Below are positions 1-11,858 of a stretch of DNA of 64,000 nt, one piece after another (the stretch's first letter is position 1; each line of letters starts with the position of its first letter). Location of the stretch: NCBI GenBank assembly GCA_002269645.1, contig NIVC01000623.1:62001-126000 (forward strand), given 5' to 3'. The notes beneath the pieces are model-generated. The model was not told the DNA's origin. It made no database searches and saw only the letters and a list, made by a program, of their open reading frames with translations. Origin of the DNA: Macrostomum lignano. Lineage: Eukaryota. Both the position numbers and the translations under genes were made by a program.

Positions 1-158
1 ACATTGTCTACATTCAATTATTTAGACAGGTCTATGAATAGCTACTAATATGCATTTTAAGAGTTTAACAATTTTATGACAAATATACTTGAAGCAAAAA
101 TTCCACTTGTGATTTTTTACAACTTTGTTTTGGACTTACGAAATAAAAAGAAAACAAT

Positions 159-548
159 ATGGGCTGGTTGATGGTTACTATGGGCTGCTTGATAGTTACT
201 ATGGGCTGCTTGATGGTTACTGTGCCCTGTGGGCTGTTTGATGGTTACTGTGGGCTGTTTGATGGTTACTGTGGGCTGTTTGATGGTTACGATGGGCTGC
301 TTGTTGGTTACTGTGGGCTGTTTGTTGGTTACTATGGGCTGCTTGATGGTTACTGTGGACTGTTTGTTGGTTACTATGGGCTGCTTGATGGTTACTGTGG
401 ACTGTTTGATGGTTACTATGGGCTGCTTGTTGGTTACTGTGGGCTGTTTGATGGTTACTATGGGCTGCTTGTTGGTTACTGTGGGCTGTTTGATGGTTAC
501 TGTGGGCTGTTTGATGGTTACTGTGGGCTGTTTGATGGTTACTATGGT
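159..548. repeat. 21-bp minisatellite (GGGCTGTTTGATGGTTACTGT), about 18 copies, in a PKA intron
   Basis: Direct tandem periodicity; explains ORFs 117..615. Confidence 0.95.
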
Positions 549-801
549 CAGCAAAGTCTATATTTTGTTGTCCTTTTGTTATGGGGGACTTTTAGAAAAA
601 AAACGTGATTCATAGCAAACATTTTTGTCCGTTACAATTTTACTCGAATAAGATGGTGTATAAAACTGAAGAAGGAATTGGTTCTTAAGAAAACGTGTTT
701 TTAATGGATCTGCATGAATAATTTTTTATCCTTGCTTATTGGGCGCCACGAAGGCGGATACTAGATTGCTAGTAGAATATAAAATTGCAGAGCTCGCTCG
801 C

Positions 802-992
802 CTTCTGCTTGTCGAGAATCTTCATAGCATAGAATTCCTTCCTCTGCTTGTGCTGAACCAGCATCACCCGGCCGAAGCTGCCAGTGCCCAGTGTCCGAAT
901 GCGTTCAAAGTCGTCCAAGCTGGCCGTGTTCTGGCCTGGCCGATCCCATTTGTCTTGAAAGTCCTTTTTAGCTTCCTCCAAGTAGCTTTTAA
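802..992 (-). CDS. PRKACA: cAMP-dependent protein kinase catalytic subunit (PKA-C), internal coding exon; gene continues beyond the window start
   Basis: Encodes [64 protein letters not shown], with the PKA-C A-helix, GTGSFG loop and YAMK lysine. Acceptor ctttag at 993-998 (phase 1); donor AAG|GCGAGC at 801 (phase 0). The symbol denotes the family; a specific vertebrate paralog cannot be assigned. Confidence 0.93.
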
Positions 993-3569
993 CTAAAGTT
1001 GGTGGGCGTTAACAGAAAATAGTTCAACTTTTGATAAGAAAGCCTTTATTATCACAATTTTAAGCAAAAGTAAAAAACAATTAGCAGCCTATAAATAGCT
1101 GCATCAAAACAGTGTTGGTTGTGTATACTTTTGTATATCTTATTTAAAATGCTTTATCAAATCAATACATGTTAATAAACAACAATTAAACATCAAATAT
1201 CAGTTTTACACAACAAGCTTCAATGAGGCATACTCTCATTTTACACAGATAAAAAACTAGAAAATCTCATCTTTTGTATATAAATATGAGCATTTATACT
1301 AGCAAGTCAAAGCAATGATGACTTGGAAATCATTTTGGTTAAATTTTAAGATAAAAGTAATTTTTTCCTAGTGTTTTAATTACCATATATAAATATTTTA
1401 TTTTTCAATTTGATAAGAATATTAATTTTAATAGGAAAAATAACCTATATACCAGACTCCAGAAGGTTACATATACACTGGAAAATTCTGGCATACAAAA
1501 GACCCTTTTCAAAATTTGGTGTACAAATTTTGGTATACAAATTCATGCATTTTTGGCATTCAAATTTTGGTGAATAAATTTATGCTCTACATGACAATTG
1601 TAATATAAGTTAACATTTTTATATAAAATAAACAAAAATCTGTATAGTCTAGAAAGTTAATGAACTTTTTGCCTCTTAAACATTAACAATAAATAAAAAC
1701 AATTAAAATTATTGCTAAAAATGTACATTTTGCACCATTATTTTTATAGGTATAATTTAAGTTTGTTTAAAAGGACAATATTTGTAATACAAGCATGTTT
1801 TTAAAAAAGACTCAACTTATGAAAACCAAGTGACCTTTTTAGGAGAAAGTTTTGGTATACGTTTAGCTAAAATAGGATTCTTGTTTTAATTTTAACATAC
1901 ACTATTACACAATCCAGACCCTGGCTTATATAAAATGTTTGCTTGAAAAGTTTTGATTTCATCATTTAACTTTCATTTCAAAATTTAACAGATTTTAGGC
2001 AAATATTTTTCTAGGAATAAAATATATAGGGCTTACATAATGTACTACTAGTTATAATAACCCATTATACAAAAATACAAATATTAATAGTACTACTATT
2101 ACAAATGATAAACTTTAGTTATACTATCCAACCAATATTAATATAGGATACCAGAACTAAATATACTTAATGCATGCCTAAACAAATGCGCACCAAAAAT
2201 TCAAGTGTAAATGATATCTTCTAGAGTATGGGCACTTAGGAAGTATTCAAAAAAGCAAAAAACTATTAAAAAATTTCTAATAATGATAGGAGCTTGATTT
2301 CTAAATCTTCTATATTTTCAATGAGAAACACTTAAGTTTAAGAAATAAAAAGATTAAGTAAAAATGTTTCAAAGATGCAAAATTTGAAAATTAGAAACTT
2401 TATAATCCCTATGAAGAATCTCATCCTAAAACCCTCTATTTATTTCCTATGCCATGGTGGTTGGCTTTAAGCTACATTATATAGTTGGGTTAAACGTATT
2501 AAAAATAAAGCTTGAATTTGAAATCTGCACCATAAAAAATCTTACAGTGGCATAATTATAATCCTATCAAAATGGCAATTAATTCATATACCTAAAGTTT
2601 AAGAAGTCCAAGAAATATCAAAGAAAAATTTCTATCCATTAAATTAAAAAAATGATGATTTATGAAAGTTTTTGAATGCATAGGCCTAGTTTTATAAATT
2701 AATCTTTAACTATTAGCAATTTGTCTTTTACAAAAAGACCAAATAAATAGTTATTATGACTTTTGATAATTTGTTTTTTGAATCTAAAGAAAAAATGCAG
2801 TTGTTTTTTGTCCAGTGACCAGACAAATAGCCTTTTTGCTATTTGTCTAGTTAAATTACTAACACAAGTATCTATTTGTTTAGTGATGAAAATTCTAGAT
2901 TTTTAGGACCTTTTCTCATATCCTGATTAATATTTTGTTATATACTAGTGCAAGCAAAGCAGATATTTATAATGCATATGGCGAAATCCAAAAACGTGGG
3001 ATAAAACGGTAAAACAAATCTGCGGACATTCGATGGAAAGTAATGTATCTAAAAAAGGTTTTTGAAAGATAGATAGGTCTTTAGAAAATAGTTCTGGATA
3101 AAAACTATTGTTTTCATGCTTTATATTGTTGAATAAATAAGAAAAAACCACAAAAAAGCATTTTGAAAGTCCGAGTTGACCGATTTGCAATTTTTTGTTT
3201 CACTTTTTTTCATTATTAAACAATTAATTTTAAGACTTGTAGGCCTTAGAGAAGGCTAATTTTTTTACTACTTACAAAACAGAAAGTAATCTGTGTTTTA
3301 CTTTTTATTCAATTCAAAAAGATGAAGTATTTCTAAGGATTTCAAAGTTTTTCTAAAACCATATAAACTCGCAAAAATTCATACTAATATAAAGTGCAAA
3401 GTTTGCCAGCAAACATCTTTTTCTAAAAGTAAATATATCGCTAATTCCTTGTTGCAAAATAATCTTTAAGTTGTTTTCTTTCATTTAAATATCAACTTGC
3501 ATAGTATTAGTATTTGTAATATGCCTATATTTAGACTTAAAAATTTTGGGTAAAAAATGGTACCACAAA

Positions 3570-4278
3570 ATGTGAACCCGGCATCCAAATCAGATGCTTA
3601 CTGTATGCTCATTAAGCGACGAAGAACAATGAAATTACACTAAAACATGTATCATCGCGGCGTGTATGCAGGAAAAAAAGAATTTTCCAAATCGCTTCAG
3701 TAGAAGCTGAGTAAAATGCAATTTTCCAATCCTTATGGGAATTCCAATGTGTTACCCGGCTTCCAAATCAGATGCTTACTGTATGCTTATTAAGCGACGA
3801 AGAACAATGAAATTACACTAAAACATGTATCATCGCGGCGTGTATGCAGGAAAAAAAGAATTTTCCAAATCGCTTCAGTAGAAGCTGAGTAAAATGCAAT
3901 TTTCCAATCCTTATGGGAATTCCAATGTGTTACCCGGCTTCCAAATCAGATGCTTACTGTATGCTTATTAAGCGACGAAGAACAATGAAATTACACTAAA
4001 ACATGTATCATCGCGGCGTGTATGCAGGAAAAAAAGAATTTTCCAAATCGCTTCAGTAGAAGCTGAGTAAAATGCAATTTTCCAATCCTTATGGGAATTC
4101 CAATGTGTTACCCGGCTTCCAAATCAGATGCTTACTGTATGCTTATTAAGCGACGAAGAACAATGAAATTACACTAAAACATGTATCATCGCGGCGTGTA
4201 TGCAGGAAAAAAAGAATTTTCCAAACCGCTTTAGTAGAAGCTGAGTAAAATGCAATTTTCCGATCCTTACGGGAATTT
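3570..4278. repeat. 178-bp tandem repeat, about 4 near-identical copies
   Basis: The GCGAC of GCGACGAAGAACAATG recurs at 3616, 3794, 3972 and 4150 (spacing 178). Confidence 0.95.
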
Positions 4279-5047
4279 GTATGTTTAAATAATAAACTTA
4301 CGTTGAATACAATTTATTGCAAACGAACTCTATAAAATACACGTTGTCAAGAGTAACGAAAGTGATAAACAAATAAAACCTTAAAATAATGTTAAATATG
4401 TTGTAGAATTATAGAGTGTAACATTATAAGATAGTTAAAGTTAATAAAATACATTATTATAGCTTTTCAATCATTTTCATTAGACTCATTTTAGGTCGTA
4501 ATTAAACTTACCGTTTTAACAAATCATTTTATTAAAAATAAAGCTATACGAAAATAATTTGTGCTTTAATAGACTTTTTTACTTTTTAAAAACTTGAATA
4601 AATTTATTTTATAGCTTTATTGCTTTCAAATTGCCAAAAAACGAATTTTCATAAAACTTGCCCCCGATTTTTGGATTTCCCCATATGTGATTTGGCATAA
4701 TTTGGTACTTATAAGACATACACTAATATAACAAAATATTAATCAAGATACAAGTAGGGAGTCTTTGAAGTCCAGGAATATTCACCTTTGTAGTTTTTGT
4801 AAAAGAGATTATCAATTTAACCGGGCAAATAACAAAATGCCTATTTGTCTGGTATTAACTGGATAAATAGGGAAACATGGCTATTATCCAGTAACCAGAC
4901 AAATAACCACATCGCTATTCGTCCAGTCACCAGACAAATAACAACTGCCAAGAAAAAATTGAAACAGAAAAAAACACGAGATCACATAAAGAATTATATT
5001 TGAAATTTTATTAGAATAGGATTCAAATTTAAGCAATTTTAACTTAC

Positions 5048-5111
5048 AGTCAGTTATGTCCCCCTTTTTACTTGGAGCACTGCTACTAAACTTATTCTTG
5101 AAAAGATTCAT
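5048..5111 (-). CDS. PKA-C alternative first coding exon A (MNLFKNKFSSSAPSKKGDITD)
   Basis: ATG at 5111, 64 nt, ends T|gtaagtt in phase 1, matching the phase-1 acceptor at 992. Confidence 0.65.
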
Positions 5112-5502
5112 AGGTAGACGTAGACGTTAACAAATACAAAGGAATTTGACTTCAAGATTTGTCGTTCACAAAAACCGTTAATAATAGTTAATAATTAGAT
5201 GAATGTATCTTGGTTAAAAACTACTGTGACCAGAATGAATATTTTCGTAGAAAGAGCAAATTCGAATAGTACCACAATCAGTTGCATCTCGGAAAGCAAA
5301 GCTAAAATAACAAACATCTCTGTCTAAAAAAGTTTATAATGATTCAGTTTAACTTTTTCGTTTTATTAATTTGTTTCATTTTTTATATTTAAGATGCTGT
5401 ATAATTTTTACCTTAAAAATCTTAACTTCCTAATTTGATGTGTCTTCGTCGCTCGTACATACAACTAGTAGCAATTTAAACAGTTGCCATACCATAACTT
5501 AC

Positions 5503-5590
5503 AGAACTTCTCCGACTTCTCGACAAAGTCTATCTCTGAGTCGTCCTTCCGGTGATCCTTGCCCTCTTTGGAGAAGAACTTCAGCGGCAT
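5503..5590 (-). CDS. PKA-C alternative first coding exon B (MPLKFFSKEGKDHRKDDSEIDFVEKSEKF)
   Basis: ATG at 5590, 88 nt, GC-rich codons inside AT-rich DNA, ends T|gtaagtt in phase 1. Confidence 0.7.
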
Positions 5591-5754
5591 CTCGGTTTTA
5601 AAGTTTTTTTAGAAGCTGGCACAGTCTGAAAAAGTTGAAACCATTGTTTGATTCATTGATTTCTACTAAAAGTAGCAAGCTATACGTCGAGAAATGTAGT
5701 TAGAGTCTTGGAAATTTATTATTCAAATTCAACCTGATAAATTAAAGTTAGCGA

Positions 5755-5790
5755 CAAGGACTTCTAGACTAGTTAGTCTAGAAGTCCTTG
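5755..5790. other. Perfect palindrome (17-bp arms, 2-nt spacer)
   Basis: CAAGGACTTCTAGACTA-GT-TAGTCTAGAAGTCCTTG. Confidence 0.9.
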
Positions 5791-6469
5791 GTTAACGATT
5801 GCCACTCGCACCAAAATCATGGTTGTATATGTTTGTTTTTAACTGTATCGAAGATCAATCGTTAGCTACATGAGCAAATTTGTTATTGCATGGCTTTGAC
5901 CTTCAACTAATCTCTGCACTTGTTTACTTGTGCACATTGATAGTGGATCCCAGCTCTCAGCTAAATCCTGAGCTAGCTATAGATCTCTGCAACTCTCAGC
6001 TAGATCCCAGCTCCCAGGAAAGTTCGTAATTCATGAGTCGGCATGTGTCCAACAGCACACGAGGAAACAAGTAAAAATTGTAATCCCTGAGCACCCGTAA
6101 TAACAACTTCTACCAACGGAAACTTTTCCTGAGAGCGAATTCGACTTAATCCCTGAGAATCAAAGCCGGGAGATTAGACGACAAGTTTTTATTTTCCATT
6201 TCTAACGCTAAAGTTTTAGCACTTTCGTGAAAGAGCTACGAGTCTTCCTGAAGCGACTTCAGAACTAAGAATGACTAGCCTAACAGAATCAGTGTACATA
6301 AGGACGTAAATAACTTTAGCTTCGTGGAACCATAAAGTCTACAATATGTATGCGTTCAGAAAAATCTAGGTTTGTTTCCTTTTGTCACTATAGAAATTCA
6401 TGATTTAATTTCAGGACGAAACCATACACAGCTGTTTAAAACTCATTGTGTCTCAACAACACATCGCAA

Positions 6470-6572
6470 AGTCAAAATGTCACATCGTCAAAATGTCACA
6501 TCGTCAAAATGACACATTGTCAAAATGTCACATCGTCCAAATGTCACATTGTCAAAATGTCACATCGTCAAA
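6470..6572. repeat. 16-bp minisatellite (GTCAAAATGTCACATC), about 6 copies
   Basis: Direct periodicity. Confidence 0.9.
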
Positions 6573-7267
6573 ATCGATTATTATTAATCTCTAAACTAGA
6601 TGTCCTATTATTCAGGAATAATCTTTCCTGTCCAGAGTAGTAATATATAATGTAACTATTAGTTAAAGACAATAAAATTTTGGTGTTAACGATGACCTTT
6701 CGAAGTCTGTAAAGCGAACTCTAACCATATATGCTTTCCGATTATCTTGGAATTTGAATTGAAAGTAAAAAAAATTGAATCGAACTGCTATCGTCGGATT
6801 TGGGTTTCTATTGCAGTAATTCGCATAGTTATATAAGACTGTATGAAACCTCAAGTATAAGATATGTGGGATAAAAAGATAGAGATTTAACAAGGCAGAA
6901 AGTCTCCCAATGGACTCTCCCAGAGTTCTATCTTATTACTCGCAGTTCAGCTGCCCGGGGGGCAAATGGCCGAGTAAAATGCGCGAAGAAGGCGGCGATG
7001 ACTCGAAAGCTGGGAGTGCCGTGAAGCCCCTGTTGCTGGGGGTGAATTTGCATACAGGGAATCCCGCTGAGCACTGAGGCGAATTAAAACGGAATTTGGC
7101 AGCCCATTGCGCTTTTTCTCTCCTCGAATCTTTTTATATCTTTCCCAGCTTTGAAGCCTTATTATATCTGAAGGGCTTTGAAAGAAGCAGGCCGGCTCTG
7201 CGTGCTCAATTTGCTTGAACTGCGCGCAGCTGCGTCAGCACTGATCGAACTACATCAGTTCTACACC

Positions 7268-7859
7268 AGTGTCCACTGTGTCCCATGCAGATGACTCAAC
7301 AGATAATCTCACAGTGTCCCATGCAGATGACTCAACAGATAATCTCATAGTGTCTCATGGGGATGACTCAACAGATAATCTGATCACAGTGTCCCATTCA
7401 GATGACTCAACAGATAATCTCATAGTGTCCCATGCAGATGACTCAACAGATAATCTCACAGTGTCCCATGCAGATGACTCAACAGATAATCTCATAGTGT
7501 CTCATGGGGATGACTCAACAGATAATCTGATCACAGTGTCCCATTCAGATGACTCAACAGATAATCTGATAGTGTCTCATGGGGATGACTCAACAGATAA
7601 TCTCATAGTGTCCCATGCAGATTACTCAACAGATGATCTCATAGTGTCTCATGGGGATGACTCAACAGATAATCTCATAGTGTCCCATGCAGATTACTCA
7701 ACAGATAATCTCATAGTGTCTCATGGGGATGACTCAACAGATAATCTCATAGTGTCCCATGCAGATGACTCAACAGATAATCTCATAGTGTCCCATGCAG
7801 ATTACTCAACAGATGATCTCATAGTGTCCCATGCAGATTACTCAACAGATAATCTCATA
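7268..7859. repeat. 36/39-bp minisatellite (AGTGTCCCATGCAGATGACTCAACAGATAATCTCAT), about 16 copies
   Basis: Direct periodicity; source of ORF 7269..7862. Confidence 0.95.
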
Positions 7860-7869
7860 TAGATTTTTA

Positions 7870-8076
7870 ATCTCCCAGCCTCGCAATCTCCCAGCTTTCC
7901 AACCTCCCAGCCTCCCAATCTCACAGCCTCCCAATCTCACAGCCTCCCAATCTCACAGCCTCCCAATCTCACAGCCTCCCAATCTCACAGCCTCCCAATC
8001 TCACAACCTCCCAATCTCACAGCCTCTCAATCCCACAGCCTCCTAATCTCCTAGCCTCCCAGCCTCCCTATCTCTC
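7870..8076. repeat. 16-bp minisatellite (CTCCCAATCTCACAGC)
   Basis: Direct periodicity. Confidence 0.9.
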
Positions 8077-8375
8077 AGTATTTTTGCTCTCCATCTGGTC
8101 ACTCCTATTTGAACTACCGCAATCTCAATTCTCTCTCATCATAGAAGCATTGCTCCAATCTCGTCCATTCTTCCGTCCGCTCCCAACTCGCCCACAGCTT
8201 GAAGTTCAGCCTTCAAACAGCGGCAGCAGTTGGACACGCGATCTCTATAGCCATTGATTCGCTCGCATGAAAACGCAATTGCCAAGCTGCGCCAGGAGGT
8301 TGCGCAGATCTGCAGTTGCTGGGCCGCTTGGCAATGCAAACTTCGTCCGATTGTCTGATTTACGCTCGTACTTAC

Positions 8376-8391
8376 TGTGTACGCCATGCAT
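8376..8391 (-). CDS. Possible PKA-C alternative micro first exon C (MHGVH)
   Basis: ATG CAT GGC GTA CAC A|gtaagt: perfect donor in phase 1, but only 16 nt long. Confidence 0.25.
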
Positions 8392-9584
8392 GCGGCTTGT
8401 GTGAAGTCTGGACTGGCTAATCGTTAAACCTGATGCGCCATTCTACCCATTCTATAGCCCCAGCTAGCACAAGTTTCCACATCACTCCGCACCTTGCCAA
8501 ATCCACCCACCAAATTTATAGCCTCACCTCCCACCTTTCCCGGCATCTGACTATGGGCTGATGAGGAGGTACTGAATCATGCATCTGGAATTTTCTAATG
8601 TATAAATCTGCTGTTTCCGTTGCGTATGTATACAGTAAAGCAATTTCTCTTAAAAGGTAATATAATTGAAACTATAAAGTGAGAATCTCATTCAAAAAAG
8701 GAGCTGATGAAGTGGATAGCATCCGACTAATCTGGCAATTTAATGTTCACTTCTTGTTGGCTCAGAGGAGCATCGCGTGAGAGGCTGGGGGGGGGGGGCA
8801 GAGACGGATAGACGGGATGAGACAGTGAGGGAGGCTGAGCAGCTGCCACATCTCTTCTCCATAAAATAGGATGATGAAAAGTAAAGAGAAGAAGCGACAG
8901 TGGAAAGATTTCTGGAAGAGGAAGCGGAGGCAAAGAGATGATGAGAAGAAGCTGCATGCAGTGCTCTCCTCACCGAGGAGGGGCGGCGGCGGAAAGTGGG
9001 ACGGGTGCGGCTTATCCAGAATCAGCGCACGGATTGTGTGTCACGGGCGCGTATAAAATCCGCTCGGATTATCCGACCACGGAAGTCTCAGCCGGTTCTG
9101 GGGGGGGGAGGGAAGCAGAAATTAATTGGAACGGTAAGGAAGGAAGGAAGGAAAGAAAGAAGCGCGCCTTCTGGACATTTTGTCGGCAGTGGGTGGCTGG
9201 CTACGAATGCAAGAATTTCCACTATAGGATGAAAACTGCTTGCCAAAACACACGGCAAGGCGCTTCTAAAGGAAATGAAGGCGGGAAATCCTTGTTTGAT
9301 ACGCGGACTAGAGATATTTCTGCACGGCTGAAATTGGCACTGACGATGTGACGATGACAGGCCCGAAACTGAACTCGAGACCAGACCGAAGTATCAGGAT
9401 GAGGAGGAGGTTGGCTACCTTTCTTCAAGATTGAAATTATGCTTCGGCCGTTCCTGGTCTACAAATAGCTTACCTTGTTTTGATGCAGGGCAGATTTTTT
9501 AAATTAATATATTGTATCATATTTTTATACATGTATCAGCGATTGATCAGAAACCTCGATTAGAAAAAGAATAGCAACCAAGTA

Positions 9585-10315
9585 GCAACCGGTTGGAAAC
9601 CGAGAAAAAACCGGGTAGAAAACGGGTAGAAACCGGGTAGAAAACGGGTAGAAATCGGGCAGGAACCGGGTAGAAACGGGAAGAAACCAGGTAGGAACTG
9701 GGTAAAGACCAAGTAGAAACTGGGTAGAAACCGGATAGAAACCAGGTAGAAACCAGGTAAAAAGCAGGTAGAAACCAGGTAGAAACCAGGTAAAAAGCAG
9801 GTAGAAACCGGGTAGAAACCAGGTAAAAAGCAGGTAGAAACCAGGTAGAAACCGGGTAAAAACCTAGGTAGAAACCAGGTAGAAACCGGGTAAAAACCTA
9901 GGTAGAAACCAGGTAGAAACCGGGTAAAAACCTAGGTAGAAACCAGGTAGAAACCAGGTAAAACCAGGTAGAAACCAGGTAGAAAGCGGGTAGAAACCAG
10001 GTAGGAACTGGGTAGAGACCAGGGAGAAACCGGGTAGGAACCGGGTAGAAACGGGGTAGAAACCAGGTAGGAGCTGGTAGAGACCAGGTAGAAACCGGGT
10101 AGAAATCGGGTAGAAACCAGGTAGAAACCAAGGTAAAAGCCAGGTAGAAACCAGATAAAAACCAGGTAGAAACCAGGTAGGAGCTGGGTAGAAACCAGGT
10201 AGAAACCGGGTAGGAACCGGGTAGGAACCGGGTAGGAACCGGGTAGGAACCGGGTAGGAACCGGGTAGGAACCGGGTAGAAACCGGGTGAAACTGCGGGT
10301 AGGAACCGGGGAAAA
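9585..10315. repeat. 11-bp minisatellite (GGTAGAAACCR), degenerate
   Basis: Direct periodicity. Confidence 0.9.
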
Positions 10316-11532
10316 CAGAGAATAAACAAATATGAAACGGGGTGAAAATCGGTTTATGCCTAGATTAAGTTAAAACCGGTACTCACCAATTCTTCAGGAA
10401 AAGCGCTTTAATTCCCAATAGCTATCAGGCTGGCCAACAATCAGGAAGCACCCAAGTCGAGCTGAACTCAAGCACTAAGAATGTCGCTGATACTCTGGCT
10501 ACTATATTGAAGCGCTGTGAATGGCGGGCTAATTTTAAATAAAATAAATTTTGTCCTCGCCGCTCAGCTTCTATCGCATTCTAAGAAATAGCGCCTGCTT
10601 ATCAGTGCAATTTATTCAAAGCTGATTTCTTATCATCCCGTGTACATTTGTTACTGCAATAACTGCCTTCTGTTTGCTGCATTCTGATTGGCCAGCAGCT
10701 GAGCCAATAAGAGGCGGCCCTGTCCTGGCAGTAGGGATTACTTGCAAGGTCATCATTTCGAAGTTAGAATGTAATTAACTTTGTAAGCTCGTGTCGTATT
10801 GAGTATTTGGGTCGAGTTTGGTCGAGTTGGGTCGAGTTTTTGGCGCGGCACAGCTGGGGGTGCACGATATAGGTAAGCAGCAGGACGAGCATCGATGACA
10901 AAGACATGCCTTATTCTAGAGGAATCAATGGTGACCATAAAGTTTGTTGATGACAAAAAGTACTTACAGGACTGCAATTGGTGCTGTTTTGGTCACTAGA
11001 AAACTTGCACAGAAGCCCATGTGAACGCTCTATAATATAAATTTGCCCAACTGCCAGCCTTATTCTGTCAAGGCGGTTGTTTTTGTCAGTTAAGTCAATA
11101 AATGACCAGAGTGAATGAAGACTTGCGCGTTTACTGCTGAAAAATACCTGATTGATTGCTGAAGCCTTACAGGAGCAAAATTGATGATAGGCATTGGGAA
11201 AGCTCTTTTATCAGTTCGCCTCTTGTCTCTTGCGTCTGCACAAGCAGAAAGCACTTGTTTTTTCCTGATTGAAGCCATTCACAGAGAAATCAAATCAAGA
11301 AAGAGGCTTGAAGAGAAGCTGCATGGCGCTCAGAACCATCTCGAAAATTGTAATGATCAAATATGAACTATATAATATGGTAAATGATTTGAAAAGACGG
11401 TTTTCTTTCCCAGAGGCAATAACCGATAAGATTTATGTACTAATCAGTCGACATTTAATCTTATCTCTGGAACCCACTACTTAATAATATGATTGTATAG
11501 TCAGTTAATTCTGTTGTTTCAAATGAAGTTTG

Positions 11533-11858
11533 CTGTGGGAAGTGTGCAGTTGAAAGTGTGCAGTGGGAAATGTGCAGTGGGAAGTGTGCAGTGGGAAGTG
11601 TGCAGTTGAAAGTGTGCAGTGGGAAGTGTGCAGTGGGAAATGTGCAGTGGGAAGTGTGCAGTGGGAAGTGTGCAGTGAGAAGTGTGCAGTGGGAAGTGTG
11701 CAGTAGGAAGTATGCAGTGGGAAGTGTGCAGTAGTAAGTGTGCAGTGGGAAGTGTGCAGTGGGAAGTGTGCAGTGGGAAGTGTGCAGTGGGAAGTGTGCA
11801 GTGGGAAGTGTGCAGTGGGAAATGTGCATTGGGAAGTGTGCAGTGGGAAGTGTGCAAG
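11533..11858. repeat. 14-bp minisatellite (GTGGGAAGTGTGCA)
   Basis: Direct periodicity. Confidence 0.95.

Noticed and set aside
8871-9351. Basic Lys/Arg-rich plus-strand ORFs
   Set aside because: They arise from a purine-rich strand (pyrimidine-rich on the PKA sense strand); no homology or splice partner was recognised
11090-11278. MASIRKK.. ORF as a PKA first coding exon (also MQIHPQ.. near 6930-7050)
   Set aside because: The donors fall in phase 0 or 2, incompatible with the phase-1 acceptor at 992
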